Assembly: GCA_045863395.1 (NCBI GenBank)
Contig: BTVJ01000092.1
Location: 1 to 30,147 of the forward strand
DNA: 30,147 bases
Origin: Myxococcales bacterium
GTDB lineage: Bacteria; Myxococcota_A; UBA9042; JABWCM01; BTVJ01
Direction of reading: 5' to 3'
Position numbers and translations under genes: made by a program. A model generated the notes under the pieces. That model was given only the letters and a program-made list of their open reading frames with translations. It did not search any database and was not told where the DNA came from. Below, in pieces: positions 9,023 through 17,706 of this stretch. Position 1 is the stretch's first letter. Each line of letters starts with the position of its first letter.

Positions 9023-11053
9023 ATGTCCGCTCCCAGGCACCCCTCCCTCGCGCCCCTCGTGCAGCGCCTCCTCCCGGGAAGCTACTATGAGCTGCTCATC
9101 GCGTGGCGCATCGTCCGGGCCCCGAAGAGACGCCGCTCCCTGAGCGTCATCACGCTGATCTCCATCACGGGCATCATCCTGGGCGTCATGGCGCTGACCA
9201 TCGTCCTCGGCATCACCGGCGGCTTCCAGGCGGCGTTCCGTGATCGCATCCTGGGCATGTACCCGCACATGGTGATCCTGGAGCGGGCAGGGGACTTCGA
9301 CGGTTACCGCCGCGTCGCCCGCCTCGTGCGCGGTGTGCCGGGGGTGGTCGGCGTCTCCCCCGCCACCTCCAATGAGATGATGGCCACCAGCGACGGCCGG
9401 CGGTCGGGCGCCATCGTCAAGGGCATCGATCTCGCCACCGTCGACCAGGTCAGCAACGTGCGAGCCCTGATGGTGGCTGGAGACCTGGCCGGCCTGGACG
9501 AGTCGCCACGGGTCACCGAAGAGGGAGGCACGGTTCGCCTCGACGGTCTCGTGGCCGGCACGGCGTGGCTGGTCGTCGCCCACGAGGCCGGCGTCGCGGT
9601 GGTGCCGGACGACCCCACGCGGCCTGATCTCGGCATGGGCCGCGTGCGTCTGCTGCACCTGGCTCCTGGGGCGCCCGACCTCGGGCTCGTCCCTCTCTCG
9701 AAGGAGGGCACCCCGCCTCCCGATCCACAGGTGGACCTCGCCCCGGCAGGCGCCGCCACCCCCTACCTGGAGGTGCGCCCGGGCGAGGTCGGCGTCGAGG
9801 TGGTGGGCCCGGACCTCGGCGTCGTGCGCGTCGTGCCCCTCACCGTGGGCATCGACGCTTCGTACACGCTCCTCTGGACGGGCGGCGAGCCACGCCTCTT
9901 GCTGGACGTCGCTGGCCCCCCGGAAGAGGAGCGAGCCCGCATCCGCGCCGTCAATCTGCGCTCCGTCCCCATCTCTTTGCAGCTCACGACGGCAGGGGGC
10001 GACCCGGTCGGCCATCCGGTCGATCCAGGCGCCACGCTGGAGCCGGTCGCCACGGTCGGTCGCCTGCCGGGGATCGTGCTCGGCGCGCGCCTGGCCCAGC
10101 GCCTGGACGCCGCCGTCGGCGACGTGGTCACGCTGGTCAGCCCGCTCCGGGGCATCGACAACAAGATGCTCGGCCCCTTCGGCATGGCGCCGACCAGCGG
10201 CCGCTACCGCCTGGCCGGCATCTTCGACAGCGGCTTCCACGAGTATGACGTGCGCCTGAGCCTCGTCGACTTCCGCGCCGCGCAGCGCTTCCTGAACCGG
10301 GGTGACGTGGCCCAGTGGCTGGACGTGCGCTTCGACGACGTGCTCCAAGTCAAGCGGCGCGCCCGCGACGTGAAGGCGGCCGTCGACCCCTACAGCCTGC
10401 CGGACTTCCTGGCCGCCACCGCAGAGCTCCAGCGCCGCCTGGGCCGCGTTGCATCCGGTGACGTGGGCGGATACCCCATGACCGCGCCAGAGGACGTCTT
10501 CGGTTACCTGCGCAACGCCACGGGTGCCATGCAGCTCATGTCCAGGCAGGCCCTGGACTTTGGGGTGGTGGATCGCTACCGGCTCATCGACTGGGAGGAG
10601 ATGAACCACAACCTCTTCAGCGCCCTCAAGCTGCAGAAGGTGGTGCTGTCCATCTTCTTCCTGATCATTATCGTGGTCGCTGCCTTCAACGTCGTAGGCA
10701 GCCAGATCATGATCGTCCACGAGAAGACGGCCAACATCGCCATCCTCAAGTCCATGGGTGCGCCGTCGTCAGCGATCCGCAAGATCTTCCTGCTCCAGGG
10801 CCTCATCGTCAGCACGCTGGGCACCCTGACGGGCCTCGCCCTGGGGTTGGGCGTGTGCTTGTTGATCCAGAAGGTGGGCTACCCGCTGGATCCAGAGGTC
10901 TACCTGATCCGCAGCCTGCCGGTGCTCATCGATCTGGCAGAGTTCGCGCTGGTGGCGGGCGGCGGGCTGCTGTTCACGTTCGGCGCCATCCAGTACAGCG
11001 CCACGCGCGCGGCGCGCAAGACGCCGGTCGAGGGGCTGCGAAAGCTGGAGTGA
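9023..11053 (+). CDS. Lipoprotein-releasing ABC permease, LolC/E family, with large periplasmic insertions (676 aa)
   Basis: N-terminus YELLIAWRI...ITLISITGIILGVMALTIVLGITGGFQ, then PGIVLG, GIFDSGFHEYD and DWEEMNHNLFSALKLQK. C-terminal FtsX domain IAILKSMGA...IFLLQG...VYLIRSLP. ATG 9023 follows AGGA. Confidence 0.9.
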   Translation: MSAPRHPSLAPLVQRLLPGSYYELLIAWRIVRAPKRRRSLSVITLISITGIILGVMALTIVLGITGGFQAAFRDRILGMYPHMVILERAGDFDGYRRVARLVRGVPGVVGVSPATSNEMMATSDGRRSGAIVKGIDLATVDQVSNVRALMVAGDLAGLDESPRVTEEGGTVRLDGLVAGTAWLVVAHEAGVAVVPDDPTRPDLGMGRVRLLHLAPGAPDLGLVPLSKEGTPPPDPQVDLAPAGAATPYLEVRPGEVGVEVVGPDLGVVRVVPLTVGIDASYTLLWTGGEPRLLLDVAGPPEEERARIRAVNLRSVPISLQLTTAGGDPVGHPVDPGATLEPVATVGRLPGIVLGARLAQRLDAAVGDVVTLVSPLRGIDNKMLGPFGMAPTSGRYRLAGIFDSGFHEYDVRLSLVDFRAAQRFLNRGDVAQWLDVRFDDVLQVKRRARDVKAAVDPYSLPDFLAATAELQRRLGRVASGDVGGYPMTAPEDVFGYLRNATGAMQLMSRQALDFGVVDRYRLIDWEEMNHNLFSALKLQKVVLSIFFLIIIVVAAFNVVGSQIMIVHEKTANIAILKSMGAPSSAIRKIFLLQGLIVSTLGTLTGLALGLGVCLLIQKVGYPLDPEVYLIRSLPVLIDLAEFALVAGGGLLFTFGAIQYSATRAARKTPVEGLRKLE

Positions 11054-11089
11054 CGCAGGACGCCTCTCCCCTCACAGGCGATTTGGCGA

Positions 11090-11118
11090 TTGACACCCGC
11101 GCGCCGCTTTGCTATTCC
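11090..11118 (+). promoter_or_regulatory. Sigma70 promoter for the rodZ-like/mgtE/recO cluster
   Basis: TTGACA-17 nt-TATTCC with TG at the extended -10 position. A perfect 8 bp hairpin (GTTGGGCG-gat-CGCCCAAC, 11136-11154) follows in the 5' UTR. Confidence 0.65.
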
Positions 11119-11171
11119 CCACTGGACTCCGACCCGTTGGGCGGATCGCCCAACCCCGAGGAAGCACCACC

Positions 11172-11684
11172 ATGGCGACTACGGGCAGCACACTCAAGGC
11201 GCTCCGGCTGAAGCGCGGCAAGACGCTCGGCGACATCGCGAAGGTGACCTGCATCCCGAAGGCCACGGTCGAGAACCTCGAGCTCGATCACGCCTCGAGC
11301 CTCCCCGCACCGGTCTACGTCAAAGGGTTCATCCGCCTCTATTGCCAGGCACTCCAGGTGGATCCCCGCGAGGTCGTCGACCTGTACGAGCGTGAGCAGC
11401 TCGCCCGGGCGCAGCGCGCCGCTCTTCTCGAGGGCTCCCATGCGGGCCTCTCCCGCCAGGTCCTGGTGCAGGATCGGGTCCCGCAGCGGCAGGGGCTCGC
11501 GTCGGGTGTCCGCGTGTCACATCTGGTGCTGTTGCTCTTCGCGGCGCTGACCTTTGCCGTGGCTGTGCTCACGTCGTCGGGGTCACCCAAGGGCACCGAG
11601 GTGTCCGCGGCGTCGCCGGCCTCCTCATCGACGCAGCCGAGCAGCACCGTGTCCTCCGTGGCGCAGTCCACGCTGCCCAAGTAG
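11172..11684 (+). CDS. RodZ-like HTH (HTH_25) membrane protein, short form
   Basis: GSTLKALRLKRG...LE...LPAPVYVKGFIRLYCQAL, one TM helix and a short S/T-rich tail. ATG follows GAGGA. Confidence 0.8.
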   Translation: MATTGSTLKALRLKRGKTLGDIAKVTCIPKATVENLELDHASSLPAPVYVKGFIRLYCQALQVDPREVVDLYEREQLARAQRAALLEGSHAGLSRQVLVQDRVPQRQGLASGVRVSHLVLLLFAALTFAVAVLTSSGSPKGTEVSAASPASSSTQPSSTVSSVAQSTLPK

Positions 11685-11751
11685 CTCACCGCGCCGCTCC
11701 CTCGCTGTGTCTGCCTGAGTTCCCGCCGCGCGCACCGGAGGAGGACCGCAC

Positions 11752-13110
11752 GTGCAGCAGAGCCGCAAGGTCCGGATGCTGGTCGACACCGCGCACAAGC
11801 TGCTGCGCCGGGGTGCGCTCGGCAACGTGGCGAAGCTCGTGGTGAAGAGCCACGCGGCTGACATCGCCATCCTCTTCCGATCCCTGATCCCCTCGGAGCG
11901 GGTCACGGTCTTCAACATGATTCGCAGCCGCACCCAGCGAGCAGAGCTGGTCAGCGAGCTGGACGCCGAGATCGCGACGCAGCTCCTCGTCGACCTTGGT
12001 TCGGAGGTCGCGGTCAAGGTGCTGCGCGAGATGTCCTCGGACGACGCGGCCGACGTGCTCGGAGCGCTGCCCCCCGAGCTGGCCGCCCAGATCCTCGAGC
12101 GCATGCACGACGAGGATCAGGAGGCGGTCGAGGGCCTGATGCGCTACGCCGAGGACACGGCCGGCGGCATCATGGTCCCCGACTTCTTCGCGCTGCGTGA
12201 GGACGTGACCGCGGAGGAGGCCATCGACGCCCTGCGCAACGCCGGCGACGTGGAGATGGCCTTCTACGTGTACGTGATCAACGAGTTCGAGCAGCTCGTC
12301 GGCGTGGTGTCCCTGCGCCAGCTCGTGATGGTGTCCCCGGAGACCAAGCTCAAGAGCGTCATGGAGACCAACCTCGTCAGCGTCCGCGTGGACACCGACC
12401 AGGAAGAGGTCGCCCGCCTGGTCGCTCGCTACAACTACCTGGCCGTGCCGGTGGTCGACGACGCCAACAAGCTCCTCGGCATCGTCACGGTGGACGACAT
12501 CATCGACGTCATCCAGGAGGAGGCCGCCGAGGACATGCTGCGCATGGCGGGTGCCGGCGAAGAGATCGGCGAGACCCGCTCCGTCGGCACAGGCGTCCGC
12601 GCCCGTGGCCCGTGGCTCCTGGCGACCCTGGTCGGCGGCCTGCTGGCGGCGCTCATCGTGCGCCCCTTCCTGCCGCTCCTCGGTGCGCACCTGGAGCTGG
12701 TGCTCTTCCTGCCCCTGATCCTGGCGCTGTGCGGCATCGCAGGCACACAGAGCGCGACCATCGTCGTCAGCGCCATGTCGGCGGGCGTCATCGAGGTGAA
12801 GAACTTCTGGTCCGTCGTCCGCAAGGAGGTGCTCATCGGCCTCGTGCTCGGCCTGGTCTACGGCGGAGTCTCCGGCGGGCTCGCGGCTCTCGGGACCACC
12901 GTCCCCCAAGGCGCGGTGGTTGGTCTGGCGGTCGTCGGCTCGGTGCTGGTCGCTGCCTTCCTGGGCGGCGCGCTGCCCCTGCTGCTCGACCGCCTGCACC
13001 TGGACCCGACCATTGCCGCCGGGCCCGCCGTCGCCGCCGGGGTCGACCTGATCGGGGTCGCTGTGTACCTGGGTCTCGCGACGGCGCTGCTTCCCCTCGC
13101 CGAGGGATGA
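11752..13110 (+). CDS. mgtE: Magnesium transporter MgtE
   Basis: MgtE_N (MSSDDAADVL), YAEDTAGGIM, tandem CBS domains, GIVTVDDIIDVIQEEAAED and 5 TM segments with the TM5 Asp (GVDLIG). RBS GGAGGAGG. Confidence 0.93.
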   Translation: MQQSRKVRMLVDTAHKLLRRGALGNVAKLVVKSHAADIAILFRSLIPSERVTVFNMIRSRTQRAELVSELDAEIATQLLVDLGSEVAVKVLREMSSDDAADVLGALPPELAAQILERMHDEDQEAVEGLMRYAEDTAGGIMVPDFFALREDVTAEEAIDALRNAGDVEMAFYVYVINEFEQLVGVVSLRQLVMVSPETKLKSVMETNLVSVRVDTDQEEVARLVARYNYLAVPVVDDANKLLGIVTVDDIIDVIQEEAAEDMLRMAGAGEEIGETRSVGTGVRARGPWLLATLVGGLLAALIVRPFLPLLGAHLELVLFLPLILALCGIAGTQSATIVVSAMSAGVIEVKNFWSVVRKEVLIGLVLGLVYGGVSGGLAALGTTVPQGAVVGLAVVGSVLVAAFLGGALPLLLDRLHLDPTIAAGPAVAAGVDLIGVAVYLGLATALLPLAEG

Positions 13111-13111
13111 C

Positions 13112-13855
13112 GTGGTCGTCTGCACCGAGGCCCTCGTGCTGCGCATGGTGGACACGGGCGAGTCGGATCGCGTCCTGACCCTCTACACGCGTGCTCACGG
13201 CCGGCTCGAGGTCATCGCCCGGGGGGCCCGCAAGAGCTTCAAGCGCTTTGGGGGGCACCTGTCCCTCTACGCGCGGGTCGAGGCTACGCTCGACCACCGT
13301 GAGGGCCGGGCGCTCCTTCCCCTTCGAGGAGTTCGGGTCCTCGATGCTCACGCGGGCCTCCAGGGGGACCTGGCCTCCTTCGCCGCCGCCAGCTATCTGG
13401 CAGAGCTGCTGCTGCGCGCCACCCGCCCCGACCAGCGGGACGGTGCGCTCTGGGCCGCAGCCAGCGACGGCTTCGCGGCGGTTGCGGGCGCCGGGGAGCG
13501 GACCGAGGCCCTCGTTCACGTGGTGGAGGCGCGGCTCCTCGATGCGCTGGGGGTCCTGCCGGCCCTGGACGCCTGCACCGCGTGCGGTGCCTCGTTCGAA
13601 GGGGGCGCGTGGGTCCCGCGGGGCTCCGACGGCCTCTACTGTGACCGATGTCGCCCGCTCGATCGCGCGAGCGAGCCCATCCCGTCTGCATCGCTGCGTT
13701 GGATTGGGGCGAGCCTGGTCGCGGGGCGCGCGCTCGATGCCCCAGTGCCAGTGGTCATTGGGTGTCGCCCGCTGGTGTATGAGGCGATCTGCGCTCTGCT
13801 GGGGGCCCGGCCGCGGAGCCTGGACTTCCTCGTGGAGATGCTGGACGGGAGATAG
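13112..13855 (+). CDS. recO: DNA repair protein RecO
   Basis: EALVLR...GESDRVLTLYT...GR...IARGARKS and a C4 zinc finger CTACG...YCDRC. Confidence 0.92.
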   Translation: MVVCTEALVLRMVDTGESDRVLTLYTRAHGRLEVIARGARKSFKRFGGHLSLYARVEATLDHREGRALLPLRGVRVLDAHAGLQGDLASFAAASYLAELLLRATRPDQRDGALWAAASDGFAAVAGAGERTEALVHVVEARLLDALGVLPALDACTACGASFEGGAWVPRGSDGLYCDRCRPLDRASEPIPSASLRWIGASLVAGRALDAPVPVVIGCRPLVYEAICALLGARPRSLDFLVEMLDGR

Positions 13856-13876
13856 GGAGGACCGGCGCGCCTCGCG

Positions 13877-14317
13877 TCAGCTTGCCGTGCCCAGGACGAG
13901 CACCGCCTGTCGCAGCACGTCATCGGGCTCGCGGGGCTCGATGAGCCGGAAGGCGCCCGCCTCCGGGTCCGCCTCGAGCTCCGCCAGGCTGGCGAGCGCC
14001 TGGAGACCCTCGCGGCCAGCGCAGGCGCGCACCCACGTGGCGCTGAAAGCCTGCGGCGCGCGCTCCACCTCGTCGGGGGGAAGGCGTCGTCGGTCCACGG
14101 TGACCACGAGGCGCCACGTCGCCCCCTCGGCGGCGTCAGGGCGCGGCTGCAGCACGAGCAGGGACCCCACGGGAGGTGAGATGTCCGAGTCGATGCGCAC
14201 GCCCCACGCGTGGAGGGACATGACGACGCCCTCGTGCCACCCGTCTCCGTAGAGGAAGTAGAGCCGCGGCAGGTCGCCGCGTGCTGGGTGCTGTCTTGCG
14301 GTATGGGAGCGGTTCAT
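13877..14317 (-). CDS. Hypothetical protein, possibly a degenerate PilZ-like domain
   Basis: MNRSHTARQHPAR...HEGVVMSLHAWGVRIDSDISPPVGSLLVL...RLVVTV...FSATW follows the PilZ strand pattern. The start is uncertain. Confidence 0.45.
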   Translation of the reverse strand: MNRSHTARQHPARGDLPRLYFLYGDGWHEGVVMSLHAWGVRIDSDISPPVGSLLVLQPRPDAAEGATWRLVVTVDRRRLPPDEVERAPQAFSATWVRACAGREGLQALASLAELEADPEAGAFRLIEPREPDDVLRQAVLVLGTAS

Positions 14318-14553
14318 GTGACCGGTCTGACCGTCCGATTGCGCCTGCGTCCGCGTCGAGCACTCGTTGGAGCCGCGAGCGCCCCCGAACCTACTGCGAC
14401 CACCTCGCCGCGTACAGCACGAAGTGTAACCCGCGGTGCTCTCTGCCGCCAGTTGGTGGGGCCGACGGCGGGCACTCCGAGGAGGAACGATTGCTCCGCC
14501 TCCTGGATCTGGAGAGCTTGCTCGCGCCCGCGTCGCGCGGGTCCAGACGGGGC

Positions 14554-14583
14554 TTGCCCAGAGCCCTGCGAACGTGGTATAAG
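14554..14583 (+). promoter_or_regulatory. rpsB promoter (extended -10)
   Basis: TTGCCC-18 nt-TATAAG with TG (GTGGTATAAG), resembling the extended -10 promoter of E. coli rpsB. A GC-rich discriminator follows. Confidence 0.65.
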
Positions 14584-14621
14584 CCGCGTCCTGCGGTGGA
14601 TCGATTGAAATCTGCTGCAAA

Positions 14622-14732
14622 TTCACACACTTCTCGCTTCGTCCGTGCCCCGCGCGGTGTGGGGTGTCCTATCGAGGAGTGGCGGTACGGGCCGTGAGCC
14701 GCGCTGCGGCAGGCCCGAACGGAGAGGAACCC
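14622..14732 (+). ncRNA. Ribosomal protein S2 leader (t44-like cis-regulatory RNA)
   Basis: CACACAC start, stem GTCCGTGCC (14641-49)/GGTACGGGC (14684-92) enclosing GGGGTG plus a TCCT/AGGA hairpin, and outer pairing to CGAAC-GGAGAG. It lies directly upstream of rpsB. Confidence 0.65.
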
Positions 14733-15530
14733 ATGGCTACAGTCGCGATGCGCGACATGCTGGAGGCCGGAGTCCACTTCGGGCACCAGACCAAGCGCTG
14801 GAACCCGAAGATGAAGCCGTACATCTACACGGCTCGCAACGGCGTCTACATCATCAACCTCCAGAAGACCCTGCGCCTGTTCAACGACGCGATGCGCTTC
14901 GTGCAGTCCATCGTGGGCCGTGGCGAGCTAATCCTGTTCGTCGGCACCAAGCGCCAGGCGCAGGACGTCATCGAGGAGGAGGCGACGCGCGCCCGCATGC
15001 CCTACATCACCAACCGGTGGCTGGGCGGCATGCTCACGAACTTCCGCACCATCCGTCAGAGCATCGAGCGCATCGACACCATCGACTCGCTGCTGGCGGA
15101 GGGCTCGGTGGAGAAGCTCCAGAAGAAGGAGGTCCTGCGCCTTGAGAAGGAGCGGGACAAGCTGCTCAAGAACCTGGGCGGCATCCGCGAGATGACCCGC
15201 CTCCCGAGCGCCATGTTCGTGGTGGATCCCAACAAGGAGCACATCGCGGTGTCCGAGGCCAACCGCCTCGGCATCCCGGTCATCGCGCTGGTCGACACGA
15301 ACTGCGATCCGGACCTCGTCGACTACGTGATCCCGGCCAACGACGACTCCATCCGCGGCATCCGGCTCTTCGCCGCCGCCATCGCAGACTCGTGCATGGA
15401 GGGCGTCCAGATGCACAAAGAGAACTTGATCCGCGGCTACGACAAGGAAGAGAGCGGCGCCCAGGGCGCGGCCGACACGGACGCGGTCCAGGTCGTGCGC
15501 AAGCCCCGCCGTGGTGGCGAAGAGGACTGA
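14733..15530 (+). CDS. rpsB: 30S ribosomal protein S2
   Basis: [44 protein letters not shown] and PANDD. Confidence 0.99.
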   Translation: MATVAMRDMLEAGVHFGHQTKRWNPKMKPYIYTARNGVYIINLQKTLRLFNDAMRFVQSIVGRGELILFVGTKRQAQDVIEEEATRARMPYITNRWLGGMLTNFRTIRQSIERIDTIDSLLAEGSVEKLQKKEVLRLEKERDKLLKNLGGIREMTRLPSAMFVVDPNKEHIAVSEANRLGIPVIALVDTNCDPDLVDYVIPANDDSIRGIRLFAAAIADSCMEGVQMHKENLIRGYDKEESGAQGAADTDAVQVVRKPRRGGEED

Positions 15531-15552
15531 GGCGAGCCGACCGAGCACGTGA

Positions 15553-15577
15553 GGGGCGGCCGGGCCGCCCCGTTTCC
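15553..15577 (+). terminator. rpsB-tsf intercistronic hairpin (weak terminator or attenuator)
   Basis: GGGGCGGC-cgg-GCCGCCCC followed by GTTTCC. Confidence 0.5.
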
Positions 15578-15624
15578 ACTCCCAAAAATCTGCGACGCGC
15601 ATGGCGCGAGTCAGGAGAACATCC

Positions 15625-16278
15625 ATGGAGATCACCGCGAGCATGGTCAAGGACCTTCGCGAGATATCGGGCGCCGGCATCCTCGACTGCCGGAAGGCTC
15701 TGACCGAGTCCGAAGGCGACATGCAGAAGGCCATCGAGTATCTGCAGAAGAAGAGCCTGGCGTCCGCCGCCAAGAAGGCGGGCCGCATCGCGGCGGAGGG
15801 CGCGGTCGGCTCGTACATCCACATGGGCGGCAAGATCGGCGTGATGGCCGAGGTGAACTGCGAGACGGACTTCGTCGCGCGCACCGACGACTTCCAGGCC
15901 CTGGTCAAGGACATCTGCATGCACATCGCGGCGATGAGCCCGCAGTTCGTCGACGTCGACGAGGTGCCCGCCGACGTCGTCGCGAAGCAGCGCGAGATCT
16001 TCACCGAGCAGATGAAGGAGTCCGGCAAGCCCGCCAACATCGTCGACAAGATCGTCGACGGCAAGGTCAAGAAGTGGTTCAGCGAGGTCTGCCTCCTGGA
16101 GCAGACCTTCGTCAAGGACCCCGACAAGACCGTCCGCGAGCTGCTGACCGCGGCGGTCTCGAAGATCGGTGAGAACATCAAGGTCCGCCGCTTCGCGCGC
16201 TACGCGCTGGGCGAGGGCCTCGAGAAGCGCAGCGACGACTTCGCCGCCGAGGTCGCCGCAGCCGCCGGCGGGAACTGA
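15625..16278 (+). CDS. tsf: Elongation factor Ts (short type, 217 aa)
   Basis: [29 protein letters not shown] and [19 protein letters not shown]. Confidence 0.98.
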   Translation: MEITASMVKDLREISGAGILDCRKALTESEGDMQKAIEYLQKKSLASAAKKAGRIAAEGAVGSYIHMGGKIGVMAEVNCETDFVARTDDFQALVKDICMHIAAMSPQFVDVDEVPADVVAKQREIFTEQMKESGKPANIVDKIVDGKVKKWFSEVCLLEQTFVKDPDKTVRELLTAAVSKIGENIKVRRFARYALGEGLEKRSDDFAAEVAAAAGGN

Positions 16279-16384
16279 CGCCGGACGGTGGCGGAGGGGG
16301 GCTTGGCTCTTGCGCCGTCGACGGGTCGGCGACGCCCCGGGTAGTCCAGACACGCCCGCCATCCGGTGGGCTCCAGGAGCGGGC

Positions 16385-17095
<711 letters not shown>

Positions 17096-17116
17096 GGAGC
17101 GCGGCATGGAGGTACA

Positions 17117-17665
17117 ATGATCAAGGAAATCATCGACGATACCCGTGACAGCATGGGGAAGGTCATCGAGAACCTGCAGCGGGACCTGACCCGGACGCGC
17201 ACGGGCCGAGCCAACCTCTCGATCCTCGATGGGATCCGGGTCGACTACTACGGGACGAGCACCCCCCTCAACCAGGTGGCTGCCCTGACGGTGGTGGACC
17301 CGCGGATGATCTCCATCAAGCCGTGGGACAAGTCCCTACTGCCGATCATCGAGAAGGCGATCATCTCCAGCGACCTGGGCCTGAACCCTGGCTCCGACGG
17401 GGAGCTGCTGCGCCTGCCCATCCCGCCTCTGACCCAGGAGCGGCGGCAGGAGCTGGCCAAGGGCGTGCGGAAGCAGGGCGAGGACGCGAAGATCGCCATC
17501 CGTAACATCCGCCGCGACGCGAAGACGCTGCTCGACGACCTCGACGGGGTGTCGGAGGACGACGTCACCCGCGCCCACAAGTCCGTGCAGGACACCACCG
17601 ACGAGCATGTGAAGCGTGTTGACGACGTGGTGGCCAAGAAAGAGAAGGAGATCACCGAGATCTAG
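17117..17665 (+). CDS. frr: Ribosome recycling factor
   Basis: RTGRA, DYYG, PPLTQERR and IRNIRRD. RBS GGAGG. Confidence 0.98.
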   Translation: MIKEIIDDTRDSMGKVIENLQRDLTRTRTGRANLSILDGIRVDYYGTSTPLNQVAALTVVDPRMISIKPWDKSLLPIIEKAIISSDLGLNPGSDGELLRLPIPPLTQERRQELAKGVRKQGEDAKIAIRNIRRDAKTLLDDLDGVSEDDVTRAHKSVQDTTDEHVKRVDDVVAKKEKEITEI

Positions 17666-17673
17666 ACGCATCT

Positions 17674-17697
17674 GGGCCCCTTCTGGGGCCCTCCTCT
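17674..17697. terminator. Hairpin between convergent genes (putative terminator)
   Basis: GGGCCCC-ttct-GGGGCCC followed by a pyrimidine tract, located between frr and the convergent Cys-rich gene. Confidence 0.5.
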
Positions 17698-17706
17698 CAG
17701 TCCTCC

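Noticed and set aside
16312..16324. GCGCCGTCGACGG repeated in two intergenic regions (also 19719-19731)
   Set aside because: It is a short GC-rich palindrome with only two copies, plausible by chance at this GC content.
16279..16384. Possible ncRNA between tsf and pyrH
   Set aside because: Only a bulged terminal stem (CCGGA..TGGCGG/CCGCCA-TCCGG) is visible, with no recognisable family features.
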